A stretch of DNA of 64,000 nucleotides from Lingula anatina (GCA_051362555.1 CM120645.1:6820001-6884000), one strand, 5' to 3'. Positions 38,230 through 52,867 are shown, counted from the stretch's first letter. Translations and numbers: made by a program. The notes: generated by a model from the sequence alone, not told the origin.

Positions 38230-41200
38230 TTTAAAGAAAATAAAAAAATTTAAAAAGGTTTCAAGATTTGCAGACTGTTTTAGCAAACCACCTGTAACTA
38301 GTGGAAACGCTGGAATAACCCAGCTGAGAAGAGGTCACCGTTAAGTAAGCAATTTCCTTAAGTAAATGCTTATCGGATTTGTTCATACTTCTACTCTATT
38401 CCCGTTGGCTATTCCGAAAATGCTTCTTAAATGTTATAAAAACAACACTTTAGGGACAATGATTAATCACCCATTTCAATAAGGTAATGTCTTTAAACAA
38501 AATGAAGATGTTTGCAGTGATGGAATACTGACAGAAAATGATAATAGCGGATGTGAACTAATTGATGTCTGAAAGTGCATTTATTCCATAAAGTGCGTTC
38601 TATGAGATACGATGAATGAAGTAAGTTTTTATCCACATTATTGCAGGAGACCAAAAGTTTGGAGAAAATATCCCAGGAAAGATTTAGTATGGAAATATGA
38701 AGAGTACACGAATGATTTATTACGTATGGAAACGGGCTGTCCTCTTTTAAATTCCCAGAAGTCATCGAGTAAGAAATAATGAAATGTCAGATATCATCAA
38801 AATAAGAATTTATTCAAACCAGATTCAATTGAATCAGAAACTACTCGGATGTGCTAGAATCAGATGACAGAAGTAACTAAAGCGCTTTGTAGAAAGGTTC
38901 GATCGAATATTACAAGTACGAGACCTAGGTGAGGATTTGTCTATATTGAAATCTGAACATACACGTTTCAGTCACTAGTCATTACATGTGTATGTGTTCA
39001 TACTTCTGAAGTGCGCAAAATAAAGAGCACAGTTCTTTGTGGTGAAAGTTTTTTGGCTTCAGTCATTCCCAGACAATTGCAACTGAAATCTAATCCCATC
39101 TGATATCTTTCTTTTATGCCATCTGATATCTTTCTTTTTTATCACACCTCTGATGGACGGAGAGAAAGGGGAAAGCTAAGACATCATGAAAATCTCCCCA
39201 AATATTTTTTATTAAAGTCTCGGGGTGGGGTGAGAGACTTTCCCTGTGCCTTCAGTCTCAACGCACTAGTACGGTGCCTGTAGTTAAACACACACGCAAT
39301 GTGTAGAAGAACCTTTCATCTACAACTTACAAGGTTATTTACCTTGTACATATGGTTTCACTTTACCTTAGCTTGTAAATGTCGTGTTAAATGGACCAAA
39401 GTTTCATCCTCATTTCCTTTTTCGGGTGTTTCAGTTGTCCCTACACTCGGTTTCTCGGTTTTTATTATCCTTATGTTTTATTAACTACGTTAGTTACCCT
39501 GATCGTCACTATGCCCGAATGCTCTACTTTGAATGCCAATCTTCACCAAAAAACTTTAGCCCGAAACATAGCTTTTGGATCAGAATTTACTTTTCTTTAA
39601 TAAAGCATAAGAACAACAGTATTTATCAAATAAGCACTGGAGTGAAACATTAGGCCCTACCATTGTCTTTCTTGTCTTAAAACACTCCCGAGATCTAATT
39701 AATTGGACAACTACGGATTTACCTTCGGATCAAAGTAGTCAAAAATTTTCATCAAAAAGTTGAGACTAAATTAATTTTGTGAAACAGGCCCATACCCGGG
39801 CTGAAGAAAGCTTTACCGTACTCGTTTGCTGTTTGAAGGTGAAACACTGTTAGTTTGCCCGAACCCAGGGTGACATCAACATCGCGCATGCGCGGAGTAC
39901 TCTCGAAACGTCAGCTATTGAAACACTTACAGTTTTTTTTTTTTTGTTTATCAATACTAACAAGCTGAAATCTTTGCTAAGGATTTGATAGCATTAATTA
40001 AAATTAATATTTTGAAATGTATGCCCGCATCTCAATTACCAATAGAAAAATAATGTCCTGAAAGCGAATTGCAAATTTGGAAAATATAACTTACTGGTAG
40101 GTTGTGAGAAAGACGTTTGGGTAAACATCCCAATTTATCTCGTAAAGCATTAGATTTCAGTACAGGTGCTGATGGCCAAACACGTCCGACCAAAAGTTCC
40201 GGAAAGGTGCTTCCATTGAATTTTCCTAGATTTAGAATTCAATCATTCAACACGAGTAAGTAAAATGTAAATCGATTCACTGCTTGGCGTTAAAATGAAA
40301 AGCCAGAGTAAGGCAGCGCTGCGGACCTTTGTAGATTGCCATTATTGAAATAGGCATCAACGCAAAAACTACATTCTCGATGTCAATTGAGTTTTGGCAT
40401 CAAACAGAATTTAAATGAACGCTTTAATATTAAAACGGAGTCTAATATGGGATGCTTGCTCGTTAAGGATGTTTCAGGTCAATTGAAAATCACGCAATGC
40501 ACTTTTATTGTTTGTACTGATTTTGTCATAATGAAGACAGTCGGATTTGAGTCGCATGTGGGCACAAAAATATAATTAGCTCAAAAGATCCTACTTTGTC
40601 AATGTGAGAATTTGGGCAGTGAACGTGAAATACTGAAATTAAGGTTTAAAATAATCATTTTATTGTGGCAGAATTAGACTGAAATTCCCAAGAGGTCAAT
40701 CTCTCAACGTTCGCGAATTTATTACAACCTTAAATTTCCTTCGGTCAAATTTCGACTTCAGTATTTGTATTGAAAACGCGAGACATATTCAATGAATACT
40801 CAGAAAGTAAATTCTTTTAGAATTTGTTACGCTCTAACCGTGGAGTGCGGATATGAAATCATCCACGTGATAGATTGATGATTGCGTCTGGCATACTGCA
40901 CATGGTAAAATTTACAGTCAAAATTGCTGCGGGTCAGCACTAAAAATTCACTATCCGTCCATATGTTTGAATTTTATTTTGACGACCGATTAAAAACGTC
41001 TGCATTATTCTATGCACTGTGTGTACTAACGTTACGTGTCGTCTGCCGAAGAAAAGTTAGTCCTCGGTGTTAGCTATGCACATGTTACTGACTTATGTAA
41101 CAGAATTTCTTTGGAGAAAAAGCGCTTGTTAAGATTGCTCATTTATGCATAAAATCTTTATCATTCTTTCTTTCCGCGATTACATAAAAACTACCGGCAA

Positions 41201-44200
41201 CTATTGTTGAAATTTAGACTGTAAATAATCTGAAACGTGCTGTAGGCCTACGTGTTTTCATTTGTTTCCTTTTTACCCAATATTTAGGTTTGCCCACGTT
41301 CAGACAAAGGCTATTAGCTTATTCATACATCACTGCCATGTGTCTTCCGTCTTTTTTCTTCTGGCATCGATAAATAACATTACCAGGTTAACGTAATATT
41401 CTTGGTATCACATACTTGTACTGTGTGCCATTTAAAAGAGGAATCACTGGGTTTGTAGCTGACTAAAGCTGTCCGGAATATATCTGAACTGATTTAATTG
41501 TCTAGACGCTTGGAAGGGGACTTGTGTACTTCATCTTTGTTCAACCTCTGGCCTCGGTTCTGTTTCCTGGGGTTTAGTTGTCTAAAAAGAGTGTAAATAT
41601 TCTACTTATCTATCCATTGCTTGACAGTAAGCCTTTTTAGCTGAAGGTTGCAGGGATATGTAGGAAAACAAGACTCTCAACTTTATTCGTAAACATACCT
41701 TTCCAAGTAAATGTTTTACAGAACAATTCTCTTGGCAATACAATCTGGAAGTCTGCCATTCTTGAAGCATGCTTGTACTTTCTACATACTAGTTTTCCTA
41801 ATCAGGATTTGTGATCACTAAAAAGCTATCTTAACGGTTTATTTTCACCTATGGACACAGCAATTGAAAATGTCTGAGAAACCATCCAAATTAATAGCTT
41901 GAGATTGAATATCGTCTTCATTTTGTAATTGTTTATCATTACGTTCCTCCACTCCAATATGTAGATCGTACTGGGTACTAGAAAACCACTCTGAAAATAA
42001 AAGCATTTTCCGATAGTCATTATGGAAATGACGTCCATCGGCACGATCTACAGAACACTTAAGATGGGTTTTAATTCACAGCAGTTGCCGTTAGCTGTGA
42101 TTGTGTCCATTCAGTGGATGGAGCAATAATATGGAAGGAGTGATAATTCTATTTCCTTGGAATGTCTGCTTCACAGGTAATAACAGAGTTTTGTGCAAAA
42201 GAATAAATCTCTTCGCGGAATGCATATGACGGTGCATTGTAATAGCGCCTGCTTTTTCCAGGTCTAATAGCCATTGGTTTATCAATGCAATATTAAAAAC
42301 CATCTTCAAGTTTGGTTTGGGTCAATTTGACATTTTCTCCCTTTGCATAAATAAATGACATTAGAAATATATTTAGAGAATAAAAACGATTTAAGGTGCA
42401 TTTTCAGTCCAGTGACGGATACACCAGACCGCGGTTTTGCAATTTCTGACTGTCCTCACCACCTTACTAGATTTTGTGAAAACGGTTAAAGTTTATTTTA
42501 GTTTTATTTATTTCAACTTTTATACATACAGGAGGTAACTGGTGACAGTGCGTGACGATCGATAGACAAAAGCTGTTCACTATACAATAATTAAGTAATC
42601 TAAAGTACAACGTCCAACACTGGATTGACCAAAAACTATGGCTGTGCAACTTAATTTGGGGTTATTTGAATGCAGCGCAAGCCTGGCTTCTCATTCTCTC
42701 TGATAAATTAGCTCAGAAACATACGCCACAAGCCCAAGTTAGGTTAATGAATTTGTCTTCCTTGCATGAAACTTTTGTTTTGATCTATAGCTTCTCAAGA
42801 TAGGCCCTTACTGTCGCCCTCGTGTAAAGGTCGTAATAAAAAATAATAATAATATTAATTCAATTGTCCATTCTTCCTAGGCGACATGCATGTATAGTAG
42901 TGATAGTAAAAACTGACCATTGTCAGTAAAAACTGACCGTGTGGTTTATGCTGGGGGCAGTCTCCTCTTTGCCACAAACATAGCGCACTAAGCAAGCATT
43001 TTAATACGGGGCTTTATACATTGCCACTTTTTTCAGAGCATTTTTCAGTGCGTTGTTGTCAACGATAACAGCAAGTTTTATGGTTTCGTGTTTACTTTCA
43101 AATGCTCAAAGCCATTATAGAATATTATCAAGGATATATACCTTCCAAAAACCCGTTATATTGCGTGGTTAAAAGTCAATCATAACTGGACCCAGAGGAA
43201 CGGGTTTCGTGAACTAACACATTATCAGTGGAGAGCAGATTTCAACCCTTGGTTTATGCTCTAACACTACATTGGCCATCTGCTTTTTAAAAACGTTCTC
43301 CAGTATTTCCTGGTTTTTGCTGTGGGTGTTAACTTTTCCCAGGTGAAATACACGTGAAAAAAAACACAAGACTGTGTATTTATCTACAACTGAACAATAC
43401 TCATGATTTCACATCCTAAATAGTACATATTAAAGACATACCGCACCCTCCCCCCGTACTTGTAAACCACGATTATTCGAACCATTGCGTAAACTGTGTC
43501 TTCACCTGATTCGCAATCATTTATTTAATTGTGTTTTTGCTTGACTATCAGCAAAGGGACCATAAGGGATTCGGTAAATAGAGTTATTCACTCATAATCA
43601 GTGAATTGCTTCATGGGCAAATAAACGAACAGATACGGTATGCGGTAATCGATGACGACAGCAAAGGCATATTGTTGATAAAGTCGTTAATGGCACCATG
43701 ATGTAATTGTGCTTCAGTAGCACAAGGAAAACAAGTTTCCGTTAGTTCTTTAGGATAAGTACTTTTTCGTCTGTTGCATGTTTTTGGTCTTGTTTTTTCA
43801 GGTCTCTTATCAACAATAGCTTTGAATGTACCCATATGGTACCGTATATAAAATTGCATATTAAAATGAATTTTTAAGAGAGAAGGGGTGTTTTTCTTTT
43901 CTTTTTTTTCACATGGAAGATGTGGTATTTCATCAAGTTGGAGCATAATCTATTATGCTTCAGCGTTCTAAATCAATTAAGTGATGATGAATTATCAATT
44001 ATTGAAAGTCAAATTCCCTTAAGTCCCATACCACATTGTTCAAAACATGTGTTGAATGCAAAGAGAGATGTTATGAGCAATAAAACTAATTGACAATTTA
44101 TATCCACAGAATATACAAATTACTTCCCGATCCTCTTTCAAGTGTCCTCTTATACAATTGTTTTTGGTCGGTTAGTCGGTTTTTCTATTTTTCAGCTACA

Positions 44201-44259
44201 GTATTTCAGGCAATGGTGGCGCCGGCCTATATGCAAGTTAAAGTATCACTAGTGTGTGT

Positions 44260-44290
<31 letters not shown>

Positions 44291-44573
44291 GGGCATCTGT
44301 GTAAACAGGCGAGAGCTTCTGTTTAACGAGGGGTGTTTATCTTTTAAAACATAAAAAAAACGAGTGTAGTCTATTACGCCGTCCATCAAGCAACTCGGGA
44401 TCTACGTGTAGGCCTACAAAGGCAGGGGACTCCTGTTTAAAATTTAAGGGTGTTAGGTGGTTATAAAAAAAGGCAGCGGGGACTATTTAAGAGCTACAGA
44501 CCACTATGAATTAGCTGTATGTGACATTCTTTCTTTCTATCTCTCTCTCTCTCTCTCCCTCTTCTCTCTTTCT

Positions 44574-44614
<41 letters not shown>

Positions 44615-46676
44615 GCATACACACACACACACTAAGTTCATACATGTATAAACTTTAAAATTAAACATTCTCCATCGACAGCAACAAGACGCAAAAGATT
44701 GATGTTCAATTAAACCACGTGTCACGAATTAACATAAATTGGTAAAAGCGCGCGAGAGAGAGAGACAGAGAAAGACAGAGGTTTGTGGTTTAGAATATCG
44801 TTCTATTATACCTGATTGAAATTAATGTGATTCACTTGACCAGAAAATGCCTGACATCTTTTATTTCCGTATAATTTAGAGCCGTGATTTTCTGAGACAT
44901 GGGGCAAACTCAGTCGGAGAAAAACAAATTTAAAATGGCATAAAGCAGTTTGGAAAGCAACCAGCTGATCGAATTTGATAACAAACGAGATATTTTACAG
45001 GAAACAAGATGAAACAATGCCTCCAACCATTGCCAATGCTTTTAACTGGCAAGAATACTGTATATGGAAAGTCTTGTGTCGATGAGCTTCTGTGGCAGAA
45101 AAAAAGAGCACACAAATTATCTAGACGCTGCTTAATCAACGATTTCATTGCCAGCGAGACAGGAAGGGCTCTCCGCTAGGAACCGTAGTCTGCTTTACTG
45201 ACTTTACACGGGTGAAATTCTTCCCATATATGAATCCCTCATCTTCCGGCTTTCCCAAAACTGCACTGATCGTATAAGACCCCGAACTTCCATTCTTAAG
45301 ACTACCATTCCTGTCACACCGGGTTATTAAAAAGTAAAATCCCCATTCTACCCACAGTGGCACGTCTTTGCTGAGTTTTTTCTAGAATCTATTGGAAAAA
45401 AAGTCCCATAGACATGTTTTTGTGTTTGTGTTTCAGTTGAATAACGTGCAAAAACAAAGTAGAGATACGGGGAATCTGATTCATATGTTAACCAAAGCGG
45501 AAAAGAATGCGGCCTTCTTGTATTGATTGTATAACAATGATGGTTCGGATTACAAGATAATACCGAAAAAAGAGGATTATGAGAAGTAAATGCGGAGAAC
45601 GCGAAACCATTATTACCAGACATGGAAACTAATTATTTGCCGAAATAAAAGATCGACATGCTAGAGACACGGCATTACGTGACAAAAAAGATTGTAACAA
45701 AATATTTCATTTTTCAGAAAATCTTCATCCCGTGCCGTATCTTCACTTATTGGCTACATGACATTTAAGGCTACGAAACCCGCCTTGGTCTAGTTTATAG
45801 ACAGAAGGAAAAGTGTTGTTGGGTCCGTTTTAAGATTTTACAGTACTGGCGCCAGTAAATAACTTTGTTGACGTGCATCATTGTTACTGAAACATGGCTT
45901 GTCATGTTTGTCAAGTGGAAATTCATAGCTTTTCATTTTAAAGAGGTAATAAAGTGCATTACAAGTCAAGATTAAAATTGAGAAACCCATAACATTTACG
46001 TAAAAGTGAGCTAGAGAATACGTTTTTGATTAGAATTTATAAAGAGGGCTTGTTTCTCGCCTCATGATTTACTGAAGATATACATGTTTGTTGTGATACT
46101 GTACCTATCCTTAAATGTGATGTGCAAGTATGGCATCTTGGACTGACCAAGTGCCAAGCTGAAAAAATACATTCAGTCCAAAAAAGTTTTTAAGATACTG
46201 TATCCAACCATCTCGCATTACAAAAAAAAAAAACAAACTCTGTCCCTTTTTCCTAATTTGCAAAACAGGCGCAACGCTTTATGCCGTAAAATCTGTGCAA
46301 TGTTTAGGCCTACGAGTATGTGTACGGAAGAGAAAGAATCAATTGTTACCAAAAGTTGAAGAGCATTCGCATTCCTTGAGACACATTCAGAAATTTTAAA
46401 TATTAACTGTTAGATCTGCAGATACTCATCCCATGGACCCTCAGAAATTTTGGTGTAGGCCTAGGTCTATAAACTTTAAACAATTTTAAAGAAACTGATT
46501 GATATAATATTTCGATAATTGAATTCTTTTATGTTATTCAACTATTTAAAAGAAGCGGTTAGATTTTATATTTAAATCAGTGAATTATTTTGTTTTAATG
46601 TCGTAATGTGCATTTGTAACTTTTATCACTCTTTTATAACTTACATGAAGGCCCTACTTGTAGTTGCAAGAATAAA

Positions 46677-46709
<33 letters not shown>

Positions 46710-47959
46710 GAGCGAGACAATTTATAAAGCCTGTGTGGCACCTTTATCCTAAAGCTAATAGCATCTTCAATCATAATCACTATTTTTGTTTGGAAATCGG
46801 TGTTTTCAACACATATTTTATCACTCTCACGATTTTTGTCCGTTTATTTCTTGGAAAGCAATTTATAATAATGAAATTTCTCCATCACTTTTGTTGGTTG
46901 AACAAATGTAGAATTGTATGATTGATTTACATACTGTTTTTCGTTTGTCTTTTTGTGAGGACAAATGAACCTTAATGCAACTGATGTCTGGAAACGGATC
47001 AACTTTGCAGCGTTTCTGAGAACCCGTTTTAGAGATGTGAAATTTGTCATCAGTAGCCATGTTAACGCTCAAAAGGTGTTTAAGTGGATATAATTGCTGT
47101 ATAAAATCATAACCCTACAGGCTATCAACCTGACATGCCTCTTGCCCAAACAACAATACCCATACAATGAGGAAATCAATAAACTTTTGTCTCCAGGGAG
47201 TCAAACCAGGCATCATGTCGCAGCAGCTTGGGGCATCATTAGGCCATAACTCAAAATAATTGACTTTCGTCACAGGAGGTTAGAAGAAGCAGCTTTGGGC
47301 TAACATCCTTCTAAGATCTTTATTTTATGACACTTCAGACCCATGTATAGGTTGCTCTAGTCGTGTGTGTGCGTGTGCGGGTGTGTAATTTTTTAATTGG
47401 GGGAGGGGGCAGGATTTAGTGAAGATGGAGTCAGAAGAATTGACAGGTCATTCTTTTCCCCTCTTTCTCCAGTCCTTGATATTTATGATAGGGCAAATAA
47501 TATGAACAGAAAAGAGCAGTGCTTTTCAAACGAGCCAGTAAGTCGGTGGCGATTCAATTTAATTACCAATTAAATGAGTATTGATTGCCGCCTTTCCATG
47601 CACTTTTTTACTTTCTTTTTATCCGAATGCACAATTTCGACAACACGCTCACACAAATAAAAAGTACTCAAATTCAAAGGGCTTGTTTAACGGAAATTTC
47701 CTTCGTTTTGAATTGCATATCACAACAAATAAAGCAAATAGCATTCAGGGGACGAGGTCGAATATTTGCAATTAATTTGATCGATATGCCCCTCCTGATT
47801 GAATTTCATGGGTTCGAAATTAATGGAAGATTAAATCCAATTCAATCACTCGGATAAGTCACCGGGCGTTTTTTTTATCCCCTTTTGTAAACGTTTCAGG
47901 TCACCGATCAATCATTTTTACACTCAAATAGGGTAATAATACTGTTATCATTTTCCGCT

Positions 47960-48078
47960 ATCTGAAAGCAATGAAAAGTTTAATTTCTGGGAATGGTGGT
48001 TTCGAACTGACAAGACACGACACGGGGGACGTGATTTGCGGTCCCTCACTGCATAACTACTAGATCACGTCTACGTGT
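47960..48078 (-). mobile_element. Possible decayed tRNA-derived SINE head
   Basis: Minus strand GTAGACGTGATCTAGTAGTTATGC (A-box-like) ... GTTCGAAACC (B-box); no intact cloverleaf. Confidence 0.35.
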
Positions 48079-48322
48079 TGAAATGATCAACTCTTTTAAA
48101 GCATTTGCTAATAAAATGTAGAGGAAACGCATACACTTTATCGGAAATATGTAACATGTTCAGATTTTCATTCGTTTTGTAACCCAGCCGTTTTTTTCTT
48201 TAGTACTCGTGCATCAGGCCCAAAGACCTCTAGTTTATTTTTCAATTAAAATGAAAATAATGAGAGGACAATCTGTTATGGACGTTATTTTGTGATTGTT
48301 GTGAAATCACACCAATCTGCAG

Positions 48323-48424
48323 TATATACCTATATACCTCTGCAAGGTGGGAAAACTATATGCCTATATACCTCTGCAAGGTGTGAAAACTATATGCCTA
48401 TATACCTCTGCAAGGTGGGAAAAC
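48323..48424. repeat. Minisatellite, 3 x 34 bp (TATATRCCTATATACCTCTGCAAGGTGKGAAAAC)
   Basis: Three head-to-tail copies starting at 48323, 48357 and 48391, differing by 1-2 substitutions. Confidence 0.95.
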
Positions 48425-51413
48425 ATTTTCCGTCAACCAGAGTTAAAGACGTGCCCATTAGTCTCTCATAAGATTAGGATTCAGCCACCACTTTCATAAC
48501 GACTGAATTATAAGAAAACAATAAATGAGACAAGACATCAATCATTAATATGAGCAAGAGAGGTCAAAAAGTCTACGAAGAAATATAGGGGGAATTGATT
48601 CTAATGAATTGTATTGAGTAAAATGATGACTTATGTACTCTTAATGTCCTTTTATGTTGTAAAATCATTTGCCTGACATGAGTATATCCAATTTATTAAA
48701 AAAAAGTCACTCTGTGCTTTATGATGTTATATTAGAGTAAAAACACACAACGTGGTTTGTTGAACAGTTTCATCTGCAGTGTTATTCAAATGTACAATGT
48801 TATTTCATTCTGAACTATCAAAGCGTTGCTCAGATTATTCCCCTCCAAATTTTGTGTAATAATAAATGTAAAGATACATTTTTTGCTATGTTTGGTAATA
48901 CCGTTATTTCTAGGGGAGTCAACCGGACGCCCTATGATTATTAAATAAGTCAAATAAAATGGTTACATAATTCTTTTTTTGAAGGAAAAAACGGAGTCAT
49001 GCCTGTAAAGGTGTATTTCAGGTTCGACTGCCTCAAGCAGTTCACCATCTACTTTCACTCCGTTGTTTGTGGAGATGTCATGCTGCACGTCAGTTCGTTC
49101 AGAAGCGACAAGGGGATCATAAAGCTTAACAACCTGGGGCTTGATATGAAAATTTGCGTGTTGTGACGCTATATAGACAATCTAATGGATATAACTACAG
49201 TATACTTGAGATGGTGGCATACACGATAGAGCCCATTCTAAAAAAAAGGTGTCTTGCAAACGGATTAGCTCACATGCATTAGTTTAATCCAACCCAACTG
49301 TTTTCATAGCGTGCATCTACACATTTGGTACATACCTGGTACGTTATAAATGCATTCATTACATACGGATTACAATTGTCAGGTGCACGGTTAAGATGAC
49401 TGCATTCTTCGTGCGAAAGCCAGATAAAACGAATACTTACCGGTAGTATAGGTCTTATTCACCTATCTTTCAAAATGCCTAACCACAGCTACCTTGCAGC
49501 TGGAACTGACTCACTGCCCTGTTGTCTGTTTTTCAGGCCCGTAACCAAGGGAACGGGGTGACGAACAAACAGCCCTTTTTGCCGAGAAAAGGTCCGCTCT
49601 GGGTAAAATTTGGCATAGGTACACGAAGGTGTCGTGTACACGTGGCGCTTAAATTTAAACCTTTAAGCTTTGAGCTTTATTCCAATTATCATGCGAAGTT
49701 GGAAGCAAATTCTAAGAAAGCGGCTGGGAATTCAGATAAAAATGAGCGACCAGGGGATTACTCCCACTCTTTGCCCTACTTCCTTCACTAATGGCTAACG
49801 TGGTTCAAAAATGTATGAGCTAATTCTTTTCCCAATTCCTAATTCTTTTCCAGCTCCAGCTTCTACGCATTTGTGCATCTTTTAAAAGCTACCAGCAACT
49901 ATCACGCCAATTAAAGAGATTTTGAATATGCTCAAATACTCTGTAAATCTACTAATCCCCAACCCCCCCAAGTCAGACCTTAAAACGATATCATTAAAGA
50001 CTCAAATTAAGGTTTATCGAAAGCGTACATATTGTACTCGATGTCGATACTTTCTTAAGAAAAGTCAAGAAGACACGACCGTCAAAATGAATTATGGTTC
50101 ATTATGAACGAAGGTCTGAAGTGGTACAAGTTGAATCAAAGTCCAGAGGCAGATCGAGTAATGATTCATGAGAAGGAAAAATTTATTTTTATTCTCAAGG
50201 AAAATTGGGTTTTATCACGAAAATCCCATACAGAAATACATTGAAACACTGTTCAACTGGCCAATGCATGGATTAAGATATGCACACCCAACGTGACCTT
50301 GCATAGAAAAAAAAATAAATAAATAAACGATTTGATCTGCTGCCTTTTTGGGATCGAATATAATATTTTCTAACATTTACAATAAAAACACTGTCACGTA
50401 AGCTATTAGAGGGCATGTTCTGTTAAACCAGAAGCAGCTACTGTCTTTAAAATATTCATTTGAGCCTAATGTGAACCCTCTTTGTTAAGGGCACTCTTTT
50501 TAAGGACAAAGTATGCCTATAGATTTATGCTTTTTCAGAAGAAAGTTAGATTAATACCATTAATTACGTCAATTTTCGAGTTTACCAAGAAAAGCATCAG
50601 CAACCTAATTGAAATAATGAGAACGTATGTATCCCTGAAAGATTTTATCAAATCGCTTTACAGATTCAGAAGATTCGCTGGACAAAACAACGTAAATCAC
50701 AGAAATAATATCTGTAGGTCGTTAACACATACCGAGTTGTTCAATCAGAAAGTTCAAGCATCCTCCAAGAAGAAACACTTCACAGCAAGATTAAGTCAAC
50801 GTTCCCTAAAAAGTGATGCAATTCTGTTCGAGTATCCATCAAGGCGGGTCAATCATGCCATGCCCTCAAGGGTGTCTTCCAGGCTGACGCAATCTGCATT
50901 TAATTCTGGGGAAACACGACTGTGATAGTTACACAAGCGAATTATATATCTTACAAGCATGTGTACAGTACATGACAATTGCATCTATTGCGTTGAACCT
51001 TATAATGATGAACGATGACTGAATTCGGAGTTAACGCTGACGGCGGTGTTACAGTGGTTATGATATAACATTTATATATTCACTCTCTGTATCAAATTGC
51101 ATCATGTATTTACTTCTTTATCAATTTATTTGTGTAATTGTAATTTCATAATTATATGTAGCTTGATAATACCATGTTCACTGTGGTTTTTATCAACAAG
51201 TTCTTCTGTAACACCTTGTCAATAGATGGATAGAATTTCAATTCAAAGGAATAAACAAAAGGCAGATGCCTAAGATCTACGTCATATTCAGATATGTTCA
51301 ATTTTTTAAACAAACAAGATAAATAAAATAAAGACAGCAAAGTGAAAGATTCGGGACTGATTTAGTGCATCGGATATTACCCCCTAATCACTCATTCCTC
51401 GCGCACTCCGGGT

Positions 51414-51414
51414 T

Positions 51415-51473
<59 letters not shown>

Positions 51474-51476
51474 TTT

Positions 51477-51516
<40 letters not shown>

Positions 51517-51541
51517 TATCTATTTATTTATTTATTTATTT
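51414..51541. repeat. Compound (TTTA)n-(TTTC)n-(TTTA)n microsatellite
   Basis: Directly visible. Confidence 0.95.
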
Positions 51542-52480
51542 GTAAAGAATTTCCTGTCGTAATGAATTGTTCCTCATCGACTTCACATGCGGCACGATAA
51601 GTTTTGATCAACAAAAAAATAAAAGAATAAAAATGTGCTTACTTCCAGACAAAACTGTTTCTGGCGTGTTTTACGAAGTAACCAATGATACATATACCAC
51701 TGATTAAACTAAGAATTTAAACGAGGGTTTTTCTTTTGCACCTAATTTTAGTGTGCTTATTGCTGCCAATTCAGAAACTTTTGAGAATGTTAAATCGTAT
51801 GAAAATGTCTCAAAATACATGTATTAACCACGCACCAAGAATTCACCAAACATATCCCAACTTTTTTCAGACGCCTTAATAAAGCATTCCAAAACGCCCG
51901 AAGAATCTTGGCATCGGTATTGTCTGGTCTCTAATAAAGGTTTTAAAGTACAGAATTATTTGGGTTAAAGGTCCAAGAGACTATACAAACGTTTCCCGTA
52001 AAAAAGTGCCTTCGTTCCCAAGGCCAGTGTGTGACTGGGATGTGATGCTACAGATGAGAAAACACATTTGGACGACGTAAGCATGGTTGTGCTTTAACGT
52101 TTGATCTAATGCAATCCACATTTCACCGAATCATCCAACTGACGGTCATCCAATTTATGTTTCTTTATATTTCTTTCATTCTATATAATAATAATTATTA
52201 TTATTATTATTATTGCCGTTGTTGTTGTAGTTGCTATTGTTGTTGTTGTTGTTGTTTTAGAAAGGAAAGGCACTCAGAAAATAAATTTATATATTCCATT
52301 TATTATCCCATGGAAAAATGAGTACAAAATGGTTATCAAGTGGTCTTTTATTAATCTGTAAATGCTGATCAAAGCGATAAAAAACACTGTATCGTATACC
52401 CATTATAGACTATTTTGAAATAAATATTAAATACCATTCATTATTTTTATAATGAAAAAAAAATCCCCTAGTAAGTATAT

Positions 52481-52867
52481 TTAGTAGTATCCAACAGGGC
52501 CTGGAGCTGGAGCTTTCCTGGTTCCGTACTTGAAGGCCATGTTCAGGTACAGGTTGCCGTAGTAAGGCGTCTCGTCGAGTTTGGTATCGTATGCTGGGGA
52601 GGTCTTGTAGTTGTCGTAGGCGCGGTAGTCCAAAGAACGGGCGTTACAGGTGTAATAGCTGTGGGTGGGCTGGGAACAGAAGACGCGCACTTCGTAATCC
52701 TTACAGCCCTCGTAGTTGTCGCTGTTGAGGCACAGGAGTCCCTTACGGGGCTCACAGGCAACGGCCAGCTTTTGTCCGGTGGCCCACCATGGGATTTGAG
52801 TTTTAGCCTCTCTGCATTCGATGATTGGGCTCACCTCAGATCCGGGGAAGGCGAGGTTGCACATTCT
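52481..52867 (-). CDS. Exon 4 (last) of the secreted CBM14-like/WxxW(CysD)/Tyr-rich protein: C-terminal part of the Mucin2_WxxW domain plus Tyr-rich tail
   Basis: Acceptor TACTTCCAG| at 52868, phase 0; RMC...IECREAKTQIPWWATGQKLAVACEPRKGLLCLNSDNYEGCKDYEVRVFC matches the CysD/CILP pattern IECR...GQ...C...GLxCxN...CxDYEVRxxC; stop TAA at 52483-52481; AATAAA on the minus strand at 52352-52347. Confidence 0.9.
   Translation of the reverse strand, partial: RMCNLAFPGSEVSPIIECREAKTQIPWWATGQKLAVACEPRKGLLCLNSDNYEGCKDYEVRVFCSQPTHSYYTCNARSLDYRAYDNYKTSPAYDTKLDETPYYGNLYLNMAFKYGTRKAPAPGPVGYY

Noticed and set aside
38350-38900. Protein-like broken frames on the plus strand
   Set aside because: Multiple stops and no recognisable motif.
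47985-48078. Functional tRNA gene
   Set aside because: Only A/B-box-like motifs are present; acceptor and anticodon stems do not pair, so at most a SINE relic.
48323-48424. 34-bp direct repeats as a CRISPR array
   Set aside because: The copies are head-to-tail with no spacers, there are no cas genes, and the context is eukaryotic; it is a minisatellite.
50482-50925. 147-aa ORF
   Set aside because: TTG start, no recognisable domain, composition like intergenic DNA.
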